Positions 1-9,766 are shown, counted from the stretch's first letter. The stretch: DNA of 64,000 nt from Candidatus Latescibacterota bacterium (GCA_963667175.2 CAXXXF010000001.1:1-64000); one strand, 5' to 3'. Numbers and translations are program-made. Notes: generated from the sequence alone by a model not told the origin.

Positions 1-1134
1 CGGGCTGGTTGTGATCAACGAACGCCCGGTCAATGCCGAAACCCCTGCCCACCTGCTGGACGACGCCATTACGCCCACGGAAAGGCATTTCATTCGGAAC
101 AACGGATTTCCCCCGGAGAACACGAATGCGACAGGCTGGAAGCTGACGGTCGGACGGCCCTCGTGGGCAGGCCGATGACGTTCGATATCGACGACCTGAA
201 AACAACGGTTCGAGGTGGTCACCCGCGCGCTCGTGCTGGAGTGCGGCGGCAACGGCCCGCGCGTTCTTCGACCCGCCGGCGAGGGGCGATCATTGGACCT
301 ACGGCGCCGTGGGCTGCTCGGCGTGGACGGGCGTCCGCCTCGCCGACGTTCTCACAGCCGTCGGGATTAAGAAAAGCGTCGTCTATACCGCGCACGAGGG
401 CGGCCGATACCCACCTCTCCGGCGAGCCGGGCAGATTCCCCCTTTCGCGGGGCGTGCCCGATCGAGAAGGCCATGGACGAACACAATCTCATCGCCTTCG
501 CCCAGAACGGGAAACCGATTCACCCGATGAACGGCGCGCCGCTGCGCCTGATCATCCCCCGGATGGCCGGGGTCCTGTTCGCAGAAGTGGCTCACTCGCA
601 TCCGGCTGCGGGACCGGGTGCAACGACGGCCCGAAAATGACCGGGACCTCCTACCGGGTCCCGAATCGTCCGATCTCCCCGGGCGAGGAGGTGGACGAAA
701 AGGACTTTGACATCATACACAGCATGCCCGTCAAGTCGATAATCACGAATCCGTCCAACGGCCACAGGACGGGCGACCGGTCGATTGCGGTCCGCGGCCA
801 CGCGTGGGCCGGCGACCGGCGGGTGGATGCCGTGCATCTCTCGATCGACTTCGGCGCAACCTGGATGAAGGCGGACGTGGACGATCCGGTGAACCCGTAC
901 GCGTGGCAGAATTGGCACGCGAGGGTCGCGTTTCCGCAGGCGGGGTATTACGAGGTGTGGGCCAGGGCCACGGACTCAATGGGCGTGAGCCAGCCGCACG
1001 CGATCGCGTGGAACCCTCGCGGCTATCTCAACAACTCGATGCATCGGGTGGCGGTCACTGTAAGGAAAGGAAGAAGGAAGAACGATGAAGGAAGAAGGGA
1101 GAACGAAGAGGGCCTGCGCCAAAGGGATGACTGA
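1..1134 (+). CDS. Sulfite oxidase family molybdopterin oxidoreductase (SorA/SoxC-like), 5'-truncated by the window, with several apparent frameshifts
   Basis: Across frames: NAETPAHLLDDAITPTERHFIRNNG, LECGGNG (Mo-ligand Cys), W-T-G-V-R-L-A-D-V-L, and a C-terminal dimerisation domain (MPVKSIITNP, GHAWAG, EVWARATDS..QP..WNP.GYLNN). Single-base indels in 150-620 look like read errors. Confidence 0.85.
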   Translation, partial: RAGCDQRTPGQCRNPCPPAGRRHYAHGKAFHSEQRISPGEHECDRLEADGRTALVGRPMTFDIDDLKTTVRGGHPRARAGVRRQRPARSSTRRRGAIIGPTAPWAARRGRASASPTFSQPSGLRKASSIPRTRAADTHLSGEPGRFPLSRGVPDREGHGRTQSHRLRPERETDSPDERRAAAPDHPPDGRGPVRRSGSLASGCGTGCNDGPKMTGTSYRVPNRPISPGEEVDEKDFDIIHSMPVKSIITNPSNGHRTGDRSIAVRGHAWAGDRRVDAVHLSIDFGATWMKADVDDPVNPYAWQNWHARVAFPQAGYYEVWARATDSMGVSQPHAIAWNPRGYLNNSMHRVAVTVRKGRRKNDEGRRENEEGLRQRDD

Positions 1135-1136
1135 TC

Positions 1137-1844
1137 ATGTCGCTCACATCAGAACAGGTACACCTGTTTCGCCACATCGGCTTTCTCAGATTGGCAGACC
1201 GGCTTCCGAAGGCGCTTGTTGATGAGCTCAAAAACGCAATCTGGAGCAACATCCGCGAAGAAGTGGAACCGGTCGTGCGCGACGCGGAAGGACGGATCAT
1301 CCGCCTCTCGGGCGTCGTGGACCGGGACCCCGTTTTCCTCGAGACCGCGACCAGCCCCCTGGTACTGGATCCCCTGGAATCCCTTCTGGGCCCCAACATA
1401 GAGCTCATCAAGAACAGACACAACCACGCCACGCTTCGCCGGGCCTCGGAGCACCGCCCAGAAGGAATGCACCGGGACGTCAGGCAGTGGTCGCGTACCA
1501 TCTTCACGGTGATCTTCTACCTGGAGGAGACAACCGTGGAAAACGGTTGCACCATGGTTGTCCCGGGCTCCCACCATTTTCCGGGCGTTAAAGGCCGCCT
1601 CTACGACGACGCCGAAACGCTGCGTCTCCTCGAACAGGCGGTGCCGGCGCCCATGCCCGAAGGCGGGATGCTCGTCATCGACAGCATGATCATGCACGGC
1701 GTTGGGCAGAACCTGACCGACGGCACACGCATGAGCATGACTGTGGGTTACCACAGCGTGGACGAAATCGCCGACGCGGTGAATCCGCACAGGATGCTTG
1801 TGCGCGGAGAACGCCCGTACGACGGCAATGTGCCACGGAGATAG
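1137..1844 (+). CDS. Phytanoyl-CoA dioxygenase (PhyH) family Fe(II)/2OG dioxygenase
   Basis: HRD, ENGCT.VVPGSH and distal HG..N.T...R.S motifs. Confidence 0.85.
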   Translation: MSLTSEQVHLFRHIGFLRLADRLPKALVDELKNAIWSNIREEVEPVVRDAEGRIIRLSGVVDRDPVFLETATSPLVLDPLESLLGPNIELIKNRHNHATLRRASEHRPEGMHRDVRQWSRTIFTVIFYLEETTVENGCTMVVPGSHHFPGVKGRLYDDAETLRLLEQAVPAPMPEGGMLVIDSMIMHGVGQNLTDGTRMSMTVGYHSVDEIADAVNPHRMLVRGERPYDGNVPRR

Positions 1845-1963
1845 CGCCTCATCCTTTCACGTTGTTTCAGTAAGCCAGCCATTTGATCGCGAATCGATTA
1901 CTGATGAAATAACCCTTATATTCCCAATGGTTAATCCCGGGTCCCGCCAATTCACGGTGTGGA

Positions 1964-1992
1964 TTGCGATTGGCCCTGCCATTGTGTATCTT
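1964..1992 (+). promoter_or_regulatory. Putative sigma70 promoter
   Basis: TTGCGA-17 nt-TATCTT with TG dinucleotides just upstream of -10. Confidence 0.4.
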
Positions 1993-2041
1993 GTACCAGG
2001 GTTTGCGACAACACATTTCGGATTTCAGGCGGATTTTTTGC

Positions 2042-2206
2042 GGAAGGCCGAGTAATCGTCGGGAACTTGGCCGATCCATGCCTGTTGGGGGTCGCGGAAA
2101 CAGAAGTTAGGTGCAGTGCGCGGTACACTATGTGCCCACAGGCATTTAGACCGTAAACGCGATTCGACAACAGAACCCGGACCACGTCGACGCTCGGTTC
2201 AATTCC
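2042..2206 (+). ncRNA. Candidate structured RNA (long hairpin with large internal bubble), family unassigned
   Basis: Outer stems GGCCGAG/CTCGGTT and CGTCG/CGACG; inner stem ATGCCTGTTGGG (2078-2089)/CCCACAGGCAT (2135-2145). Confidence 0.3.
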
Positions 2207-2237
2207 ATTGGCCATTCGTGCAATGAGTGCTCGGTTT

Positions 2238-2576
2238 ATGAATGCGAAAGCTCCACAAATTACAGAACCGCTTTTGGATGAGATCACGAGAAAAATTGTC
2301 GATCACTTTCATCCGGATCAAATTGTACTTTTCGGCTCCTATGCCTATGGAGAGCCAACGAACGATAGCGACTTGGATTTGCTTGTCATAATGGACACAG
2401 ATTTGCGCCCGACAGCGCGAAGTGCCGCGGTTGCCAACATATGTCGCCCCAAATATGTCGCGATGGATATTGTCGTGCGTACACCTGAAGAAATCCAAAC
2501 CCGCCTGCGTGACTTCGATCCATTTCTCGAAGGAATCTTTAGATTTGGACGCACCCTCTACAAATCAGCCGGGTGA
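2238..2576 (+). CDS. Minimal nucleotidyltransferase (MNT) antitoxin
   Basis: LFGSYAYG...DSDLDLLV motif; overlaps the HEPN gene. Confidence 0.9.
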   Translation: MNAKAPQITEPLLDEITRKIVDHFHPDQIVLFGSYAYGEPTNDSDLDLLVIMDTDLRPTARSAAVANICRPKYVAMDIVVRTPEEIQTRLRDFDPFLEGIFRFGRTLYKSAG

Positions 2577-2954
2577 TATACAAGCGTGGGTCTACAAAGC
2601 GGAAGAAGACTTTCGCACGGCAACAACCATGGTCCGGAAACGCAGCGAACCTGTTCCCGACAATGTTTGTTTCTGTGCGCATCAGTGCATTGAAAAGTAC
2701 CTCAAGGCTTTTCTGGTTTTTCATCGAGTACATTTTCCGAAAACACACGATCTCCTGGCACTGTTGGATTTCGCGGTGGATATAGATCCGATCTCGAGGA
2801 ATTGCGACTTGATCTCAATTATCTATTCCCGTTTGCCGTTGAATATCGCTATCCCGGGGAAAACGCGACTGTCGAAGAATCAAGAAATACAGTAAGGGTA
2901 ATGCGGCGCGGGCGGCGCATCCTGAGGGCGAAACTGAGTATCGGAGATGCATAA
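2545..2954 (+). pseudogene. HEPN-domain toxin, frameshifted near 2790 (real or sequencing error)
   Basis: W..KAEED, CF.AHQCIEKYLKA, PKTHDL in one frame; continuation DLEELRLDL...AVEYRYPG... to TAA 2952-2954 in another frame. Confidence 0.8.
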
Positions 2955-2969
2955 CGTCCAAAGAAGCCG

Positions 2970-3494
2970 CTACATATCGAGCGTTACGGATTCAGCGTGT
3001 CCCATCCACTGTCCGGTCAGTGAATAGATGACCGTTTCGTGGCAGACGACGATTACCCGCTGAAAGGACAGGTGTCTTTCCATTACACGATTAACACGAT
3101 CGCGAACGCTGGAGAGCGGCTCCCAGTCTCTCGTTTCACCGGACGGCCATTCCCCGTCGGACTCGAGCATTACAGCCACTGTTTCGTTGACCTGCTCCAG
3201 CGAATCGCGCCATCCGCAGATCCATTCGTGCAGATCGAATTCGACGTGTAGCGGAATACCGAGCCGGCGGCTGATGATGGCGGCCGATTGGAGCGACCTC
3301 GTCATCGGGGACGAGATAACCAGTTGATAATTCTCGGCTTCCAGGTCATCTGACGCTTTCTCGATCTGACGGATGCCGGTTTCCGTCAGCGGAACGATAT
3401 GTGCCGCCCAGCCGACGGCGGCGCCCTTGAGATCACCTCCGCCAGCCAGGCTCCAGTCTGGCTCTCCGTGCCGGATAAGATGGAAAGTCGTCAT
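2970..3494 (-). CDS. Histidine phosphatase family protein
   Basis: LIRHGE, SSPMTR, DLHE, VVCH motifs. Confidence 0.9.
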   Translation of the reverse strand: MTTFHLIRHGEPDWSLAGGGDLKGAAVGWAAHIVPLTETGIRQIEKASDDLEAENYQLVISSPMTRSLQSAAIISRRLGIPLHVEFDLHEWICGWRDSLEQVNETVAVMLESDGEWPSGETRDWEPLSSVRDRVNRVMERHLSFQRVIVVCHETVIYSLTGQWMGHAESVTLDM

Positions 3495-3572
3495 TTCCTT
3501 AACGCGGAACACAGAACCGTACCGGGCGCAAGCGTGCCTGGACGATACGGTATCAGGATCCCCTGTCCGATC

Positions 3573-5648
3573 TCAATTGGAATTCTCCAGCACGGCCACA
3601 TAGGCGTCATACAAGTGCTGGACCCTCTCGACGTAGTGCACGGGCTGTCCGCCGCGGCAGAAACCGTAGCGCGCCCGCTCGTAGTATTCGGGCTGTGAGA
3701 GAAGACGCATCGCCTGCTCCACGTGGCCGAACCATCGGTTTGGGTCCCATCCCTTTTCGCGCGCCAGGCGACGGGCATCCAGCAGATGTCCGTAGCCCAC
3801 GTTGTAGGATGCCAGGGCAAAGCGAATTCGCGACTGCATCGGTATTTCGAGATCGAAACGGTCGATCAACTGATGCATGTATTTGGTACCTGCATGGATG
3901 CCCTGTTCCGGGTCCTCCAGCTTGCCGAAACCCAGCTGGAGCCCCGTTTTCGGCATCACCTGCATCAATCCCTTCGCGCCGACCCAGCTGACGGCGTTGG
4001 GGTCGAATCTGGACTCCTGGAACATCTGCGCTGTAATCAGGCGCCAGTCCTGACCGAATTGAAGCGCGTACTTTTTCGTCAGGTCGTCGTACGGAGACAA
4101 TTGTCCGCTCAGGTCGACCCGCGTTGAATCCTTGGCCCTGGCGATCCCGCGCCGGTTTTCGAAATACCTCTTCTTCATCATGTTGAAATAGAGACCGCCT
4201 TTTTCGCGCCTGACGTACTGGTTGAGCGATTCCAGCAGGGCCGGGTTTTCCTTGCGCACTGCCCATCCCAGCATTGCGGATTTGATGCTGAACGCGGCTT
4301 TCAATCTCCGGCCGTACGAACGTTCCACGTCAAGCAGATTGGAGTCCGCCAGCGTGAGGTCGTAGTCCCCCGACTCGATACGCTCGAGTATTTCTTCGGT
4401 CTCGACATCATCGGGCAGTTTGACAATCCGGATGTCATTCACCGAGTCCTGCAGAGCCTTCAGTGTCATATAGAAGGAGGAACTCTCGCGCACGTGGAAC
4501 GTCCGGCCTGCCAGGTCGCCGAGGCTGGATATGGAATCATCCTCCGCACGTGTAACCACAACTTCCTCCACTTCGTTATAGGGCCTCGTAAAGTCCGCCT
4601 CGGCCTGTCGCGTCGGGGTGATGGTCATCGCGGCGGCCACCACGTCTCCCTTGCCCTCGTTCAAATAAGACAGCAGTTCGGCATGCGACTTTGGAATGAC
4701 GATTTCGAGGCGCATCCCGTGTTCCGAGGCGAACTTCTTCATCAGCTCGTACTCGAACCCCACCTGAAGGCCCCGGTGAATGAAATACGTCATCGCGTTG
4801 TTGCGCGTGATCATGCGCAGCCGTCCCCGCTCGATCAGGCCCGGGAGATCGTCGGTGAATTCCTGCTGCCGCTCTCGGGAAAAGTGACGGGCGAGCAGGA
4901 ATTCGTCCACTTTGGTCTTGAGTTCGGTATCCTCGGGCCGCATCATCACCGCGATCGGCCGATCCCTCGCCAGCACCAGGGACGTTGTCAGGCTGTCATA
5001 ATAGCTGGACAGGGCGTGCCACAGATGCGAATCGGACAACGTGGCCTGGTATTCTCCGCCGGCGACGCCGTCCAGCAATGCTTCAATGTTCCGGGTTTCC
5101 GGTGCGGTTCGGATTCGCAGGGACGGCACCTGCCGCTGCAGGTTTACGAGCGTCTGATAGTATGAGCTCGAGCGCCGAACGCTGATTTCCATGCCCGCCA
5201 GGTCATCGATCTTCCGCGGTAGTCTGCCGCCGGTCCTGGTCACCAGATATTCGTCCACGTACATATAGGGGACCGAAAACGCGGCTTGCTTCTGGCGTTC
5301 GGGCGTAATGGTCAGGCTGGCCACCACGATGTCGCCCTCGCCCTCGAGCAACATCCCCATCATTCTGGAAAAGTCCCCGACCTTGACAAGCTCGGGCTTC
5401 AATTTGAGCGACTCTGCAAGCTCCCGCGCGATATCATAAGCGATTGTCACGTGCTGCCCGTGCCGCGGAAGGTAGGCGATCGGTTCGAGGGGTACGATCG
5501 CCCTGAGTTTGCCCCGAGACCTCATTTCGCTAAGGTCTCCGGTATATTTGGCCGGGGCAGGCGGGGGCTTCTCAGGTTGGCTGCACTGAAACAGAACGCT
5601 CAGTGCGGCGAGTACCATGGAGACCTGAACGCCGAGTCGGTGGAACAT
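3573..5648 (-). CDS. mltF: Membrane-bound lytic murein transglycosylase F-like (two solute-binding domains plus SLT domain)
   Basis: Lipoprotein-like N-terminus, duplicated SBP family 3 domains, QES.F, GA.GLMQ, LASYN.G.GH..DAR motifs. Confidence 0.9.
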   Translation of the reverse strand: MFHRLGVQVSMVLAALSVLFQCSQPEKPPPAPAKYTGDLSEMRSRGKLRAIVPLEPIAYLPRHGQHVTIAYDIARELAESLKLKPELVKVGDFSRMMGMLLEGEGDIVVASLTITPERQKQAAFSVPYMYVDEYLVTRTGGRLPRKIDDLAGMEISVRRSSSYYQTLVNLQRQVPSLRIRTAPETRNIEALLDGVAGGEYQATLSDSHLWHALSSYYDSLTTSLVLARDRPIAVMMRPEDTELKTKVDEFLLARHFSRERQQEFTDDLPGLIERGRLRMITRNNAMTYFIHRGLQVGFEYELMKKFASEHGMRLEIVIPKSHAELLSYLNEGKGDVVAAAMTITPTRQAEADFTRPYNEVEEVVVTRAEDDSISSLGDLAGRTFHVRESSSFYMTLKALQDSVNDIRIVKLPDDVETEEILERIESGDYDLTLADSNLLDVERSYGRRLKAAFSIKSAMLGWAVRKENPALLESLNQYVRREKGGLYFNMMKKRYFENRRGIARAKDSTRVDLSGQLSPYDDLTKKYALQFGQDWRLITAQMFQESRFDPNAVSWVGAKGLMQVMPKTGLQLGFGKLEDPEQGIHAGTKYMHQLIDRFDLEIPMQSRIRFALASYNVGYGHLLDARRLAREKGWDPNRWFGHVEQAMRLLSQPEYYERARYGFCRGGQPVHYVERVQHLYDAYVAVLENSN

Positions 5649-5689
5649 ACGAATCTCCTGATTGCGATAGATGCCTACTTGAAGAAAGC

Positions 5690-5783
5690 ATCAGAAACTA
5701 CGAAACACGGGAAAGAAACGAAAAATACGTGGCTGAATCAATCGCCAATAGAGACCTGCCTGCGTCATTCACGCACAGGCAGG
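5690..5783. repeat. Dispersed purine-rich repeat ending in a CCTGCCTGC palindrome; second copy at 40826-40930
   Basis: ATCAGAAACTAC.AAACACG.GAAA.AACGAAAAA..CGT.GCTGAA.TCAATCGCCA shared by both copies. Confidence 0.75.
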
Positions 5784-5899
5784 GCGCTGCGCAGACATGC
5801 GCAAAACCACGACGTTACACGTCAGCCTGACAATGCAACGACTTTCATCATTATGGGCGTTCAGAAGGGGCATGACAACTGTTTTCTCGATTCGCTCAT

Positions 5900-6114
5900 T
5901 AACAGTCCGTTGATAAAGTCGCTCTGCAGGCGATGCCGAGTCATTGCGGCCGAAGACAAGGCGCGCCTGTCTGCGTGCGGACACGCACAGGCAGGCGACC
6001 GACGCGAATCCCTGGATTCGGGGAGGGAGCGCCTGCCTGCTGCAGGCAGGCAACGCCGTAGTTCGGCCATAAGGGCCGGACGCAGCCCGGATGGACTTTT
6101 TCAACGGGCCGCTA
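5900..6114. mobile_element. MITE family A with two nested palindrome insertions
   Basis: Imperfect TIRs TAACAGTCCGTTGA.AAAG / CTTTTTCAACGGGCCGCTA; reverse-complement homolog at 33559-33724; partial copy at 13519. Confidence 0.85.
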
Positions 6115-6533
6115 AGGCACCCGCGGGCCGCACACAACGCTGCCGACCGGTCTGTTTCCAACACGAGATGGTATAGGGGTCCCATCAGAAGAACAGCATC
6201 GAAATTCTCGCGTGGTACGCCGTCCAGCGATCGTGCATCTGCGGTCCGGAAATCGATCCGGCCGGACAACCCCAGCACCTCGGCCGTCGCTCTGCATCGG
6301 ATCACGAACTCGTCGGCGAGGTCCACGGCTGTGAGCCGGTATCCGCGTTTCGCCAGGGCAAACGTGTACGACCCCGTACCGCATCCGATCTCGAGAATCC
6401 TCCCGCCAGACGGGAGGTACTGGTCCAGGTAGCGCCGGGTCAGATCCGCTTCCAACTGGTGGCGCGTCAGGCGGTCGTCCTCGCCGTCCCAGCCGGCGTT
6501 GTAAAACTCGCGTATGTCGCTCACGTCGTCCAA
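6115..6533 (-). pseudogene. Class I SAM-dependent methyltransferase, 3'-truncated by the MITE
   Basis: ILEIGCGTG, FDAVLLMGPLYHL; homology ends at the MITE boundary. Confidence 0.8.
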
Positions 6534-6626
6534 GGTAACATCACTGTCGGCGAATCACTCATTTCACTTGATGCCGAGGGACCTTTTCTCTTTTTGGAGA
6601 CCTGCCGCGCATGCCGATTTCCTGCA

Positions 6627-7268
6627 TTAACCGTACATCGACAGGTCATCCCAACCCGCGAGCAGATGCGGTCGGACCATCGAGGCGTCGGGTCGCCAGT
6701 CCTCCCATCCCTCCGAATAAGGCCCTCTGGAGCCCTCGATTTCGGCTACCGCACGGTCTCCCTCTTCCCTAACCGCCCGGCCCTCTTCGGGTGTCATTCG
6801 ACCCTGGCCGACCGCAAGATCCAGTTCATCGCGGTCCTTCCACTTCCAGCGCCGGTCCGGTTCAACGATAATGTCCAACTGGTGATCCCTGTAATCGAAG
6901 CCCATCCCGGTTTGTGTCAATTGACTCTGAAGGTTGACATACCAGCCCTGAAACACGCCATCGGCCGACCATCGGACCCAGGTTGCGCGACGTTCGCCAG
7001 GCCGCACCAGGATCAGAAGCTCGGCCCACCGCCAGACCGAATCCACCATTGCCCATTGCCGGTTCACCCAGTCCCTCGGTTTGCCTGGCATGTCGCGCGT
7101 AAACTCAGGCTTCTTCGTCGACGTACCCAGCGGAAGCCAGAGCCTGGCTCGTGAATCTGAATCCTCGACGATGGTGACCGGCTTTACGTCGATAATCCGA
7201 CCGTTCTCGTCAAGTCCCCGATAGAGGATCGGATCCCCGCTGAGGAACCTGGATCGCACGGTTTCCAT
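6627..7268 (-). CDS. DUF402 (FomD-like) family protein
   Basis: F.GWYVNLQ...G.D..DH.LDIIV.PD..W.WKD.DE motif. Confidence 0.85.
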   Translation of the reverse strand: METVRSRFLSGDPILYRGLDENGRIIDVKPVTIVEDSDSRARLWLPLGTSTKKPEFTRDMPGKPRDWVNRQWAMVDSVWRWAELLILVRPGERRATWVRWSADGVFQGWYVNLQSQLTQTGMGFDYRDHQLDIIVEPDRRWKWKDRDELDLAVGQGRMTPEEGRAVREEGDRAVAEIEGSRGPYSEGWEDWRPDASMVRPHLLAGWDDLSMYG

Positions 7269-7312
7269 GGAACGAGCTCCGCCGTGATCGGAACACACGA
7301 TATGACGATACG

Positions 7313-7774
7313 TCAATCCGCCAATGCCGCTGCTCCGTTGGCGAAATCTCCCCCTTCGAGATTTCCGTTATCGACGAACCACCGCGAATTTGCGTAAAGC
7401 GCCATGACCGACTTGTGTTTGAGGAACCCTTCTCTTCTGTAGAAATCCTGCTGGCCGTGTAACCCCGCCAGGATCACCCTGGGAACGGTGAGTTTCCTGA
7501 GGATCGAGCTCAAGATCGCCCGCCCGATACCCTGGCGTTGAAACTCCGGCGCAACGACGAGTTCGCACACGGTTGTAGACGACTCTTCGTCCGTGATCGC
7601 CCGACCGCCCCCTACGAGCGCCTCGCCGCTGAACGCAAAACAACAGACCTCGCTATTGGAATACGCGCGGCGGAGCTTTCCGGGATCCAGCTTTCCCAAC
7701 GGAACGCGTCTGTAGACTTTGGCCAGGTCCTTCCAATTGACGCCTTCGTGCACTCTCCCGATAGACAATTTCAC
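7313..7774 (-). CDS. GNAT acetyltransferase
   Basis: VVAPEFQRQGIG, FY...GF; GTG start chosen by inference. Confidence 0.8.
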   Translation of the reverse strand: MKLSIGRVHEGVNWKDLAKVYRRVPLGKLDPGKLRRAYSNSEVCCFAFSGEALVGGGRAITDEESSTTVCELVVAPEFQRQGIGRAILSSILRKLTVPRVILAGLHGQQDFYRREGFLKHKSVMALYANSRWFVDNGNLEGGDFANGAAALAD

Positions 7775-7895
7775 TCGTCGGCATGTTCCCCCCAGTTGAT
7801 TCGTGGCGTCTTTCAGTTGCGTCGTATGACGTTTTTGAGTTCTCGACTTCGAAAGGCGAATGGTTCCCAGATCAGACTGCCGGGTCGATGCCGCT

Positions 7896-8459
7896 TTAAT
7901 ACACGTCATGCGCCGCGCCGGGATTCCGAAATCCACCGCGATCGGTTTCCTGCTTCAGGGCATCCACGAACTTTGCGACCTCCTTACCCGACCGCAAAAT
8001 CACGACGTTCTTGTGGTCCCTGATCCGTTCCAAGCATTGCAAAATGCCCGGCAGGCGCGTCCTGTTGTAGTTCCAGATCCACCCCAGGAATTCGCGATCG
8101 GGCAACTGCTCCCGGCAGCCGGGATGGATGTCCGCGCGGCTTCGTCCCCGAAACCTGATTGCCCTCCTGAATACCTGAAACAGGCAGGTGAACCGGGACA
8201 ACGCCAGAAGGATCACCGTATCGCCCGCTGCGATCCGCTCCCTCATCGTACTGCCGTAGTTCCCGTCCAGTATCCAGGCCTCGCGACTCAAGAGCTCCCC
8301 GTGCCGGCGCTGCCATTCCTCCTGCGGCGGTTTTTGCCAGTCGGGTTTCCAATAGACGGCGTCCAGGTGGACCACCGGCAGGTCCAGCAACGATCCGAGC
8401 CTGACCGCCAGCGTGGACTTTCCGGCGCCGCCGCAACCGATGATGCAGACCCTCCGCAT
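7896..8459 (-). CDS. FlaR / adenylate-kinase-like P-loop protein
   Basis: IIGCGGAGKSTLA, HLDA.YW.P.W, WILDGNY. Confidence 0.9.
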   Translation of the reverse strand: MRRVCIIGCGGAGKSTLAVRLGSLLDLPVVHLDAVYWKPDWQKPPQEEWQRRHGELLSREAWILDGNYGSTMRERIAAGDTVILLALSRFTCLFQVFRRAIRFRGRSRADIHPGCREQLPDREFLGWIWNYNRTRLPGILQCLERIRDHKNVVILRSGKEVAKFVDALKQETDRGGFRNPGAAHDVY

Positions 8460-8525
8460 ACCGGAAACGGCGTCCTCGGCCCCTCTTCCTGACGGTGTGT
8501 GTTCGCTTCTCATCGCGCGCACGCC

Positions 8526-9386
8526 TCAACCCCAGTTCAGATCCGAAACGGCAGGATAATGGTCGCTGGGGTAAAGCGAACCCCGGTGGCGCCGTACGAT
8601 CTCGGACTTCTCCACGTTCACCTTAAGGCCGGGACAGCGATAGAGGATCCAGTCCAAACGCCAGGAGAGATGATGCTGGCGCAGGTCGTATGCCAGTCCG
8701 TCAAAGCCGTGATAGGTATTTGACTCCGGCCCGTCGCGACGTCCGGCGTTCAGAAACGCATCCTCGAAGCCTGCCTCGAGAAGGATCCGATGCACCGCAT
8801 CGGTGATCGTGCTGCCCGCCGCGGCGGGATCCTCCACGTCGGGCGTCCACGGGTTACAGTTGAAGTCTGCGGTCAGCAACTGGCGTTCCCCAGGTCTTGC
8901 AGCCGACGAAATCCATCGATTCAGCAGCGATGCGCCTTTGGTCCGCGCCTGCTCGCTGACGTGATCGAGATGGGTGTTGACGTGAAGGAATTCCATGTCC
9001 GTCGCCAGGTCGTGAAACCGGACCCACGTCGCCGTCCGAACGCAGGCCGACCCCCAGGAACGCGAGTAGCTCTCCGGCGTGGCGCTGATCCAGAACCCGC
9101 CCCTCGAGCGTGGCTGCAGCCGCTCCCGCCGCCAGTAAACCGGGTTGAAGAGGTGGGGTGGATCGTTGGCGTGCGGGCCCTGGAAGCTGTCGTACGCCTC
9201 CAGAGATTCGCCGAATGTCGCGAAATTCGGCCACTGAACTTCCTGAAAGCCGATAAGATCCGGCGACGTATCATCGATCACCTCGCAGACCAGCGCAGAG
9301 CGACCGGAACCGATCCAGGCATTCCCCGGCTCGTGTTCGTCGTATCCGCCGGCGAGATTGAAAGTCATGACGCGGAGGCTACCCAT
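8526..9386 (-). CDS. Endonuclease/exonuclease/phosphatase family protein
   Basis: MTFN, GFQEV, NTHLDH, DFN, PSDHYP. Confidence 0.9.
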   Translation of the reverse strand: MGSLRVMTFNLAGGYDEHEPGNAWIGSGRSALVCEVIDDTSPDLIGFQEVQWPNFATFGESLEAYDSFQGPHANDPPHLFNPVYWRRERLQPRSRGGFWISATPESYSRSWGSACVRTATWVRFHDLATDMEFLHVNTHLDHVSEQARTKGASLLNRWISSAARPGERQLLTADFNCNPWTPDVEDPAAAGSTITDAVHRILLEAGFEDAFLNAGRRDGPESNTYHGFDGLAYDLRQHHLSWRLDWILYRCPGLKVNVEKSEIVRRHRGSLYPSDHYPAVSDLNWG

Positions 9387-9460
9387 CTTCCTGTACGGTC
9401 CTTCCGACTTTGGTCGTGTATGGACTCAACGTCCGCTATCCGCATTCTTTGGCGGCGGGA

Positions 9461-9766
9461 CTATCCGCCGGGGATGCGCGGACGCACCTCCCGGTCCAGC
9501 CTGTCCGAGAGCTCGTCCTCGGCGACCTCGAGTTCATAGTTGGTCTGAATGCTCATCCAGTATCTGGGGGAGGTGTAGAAATATCGCGCGAGCCTCAACG
9601 CCGTATCCGCGGTGATGCCGCGTTTGCCAAGGACGATCTCATTGACGCGGCGCGGGGGCACCCCGATGGATAGCGCCAACTGGTTCTGGCTGAGATTCAT
9701 CGGCTTGAGAAACTGTTCCAGCAATACTCTCCCGGGATGAACGGGAACCGTTTCCCCAGCGGACAT
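9461..9766 (-). CDS. higA: HigA family antitoxin (no adjacent toxin)
   Basis: PVHPG..L...FL.P, R.NEIV.GKR.ITADTALRL, W...Q..Y.L. Confidence 0.9.
   Translation of the reverse strand: MSAGETVPVHPGRVLLEQFLKPMNLSQNQLALSIGVPPRRVNEIVLGKRGITADTALRLARYFYTSPRYWMSIQTNYELEVAEDELSDRLDREVRPRIPGG

Noticed and set aside
1-620. Programmed frameshifting or true pseudogenisation of the sulfite oxidase
   Set aside because: Many scattered single-base indels with otherwise intact motifs near the window edge look more like sequencing error; no slippery-site pattern.
2145-2185. RNase P RNA because of ACAGAACCCGG
   Set aside because: Lacks the GAGGAAAGTCC motif and the following CTTA, and the region is far too short.
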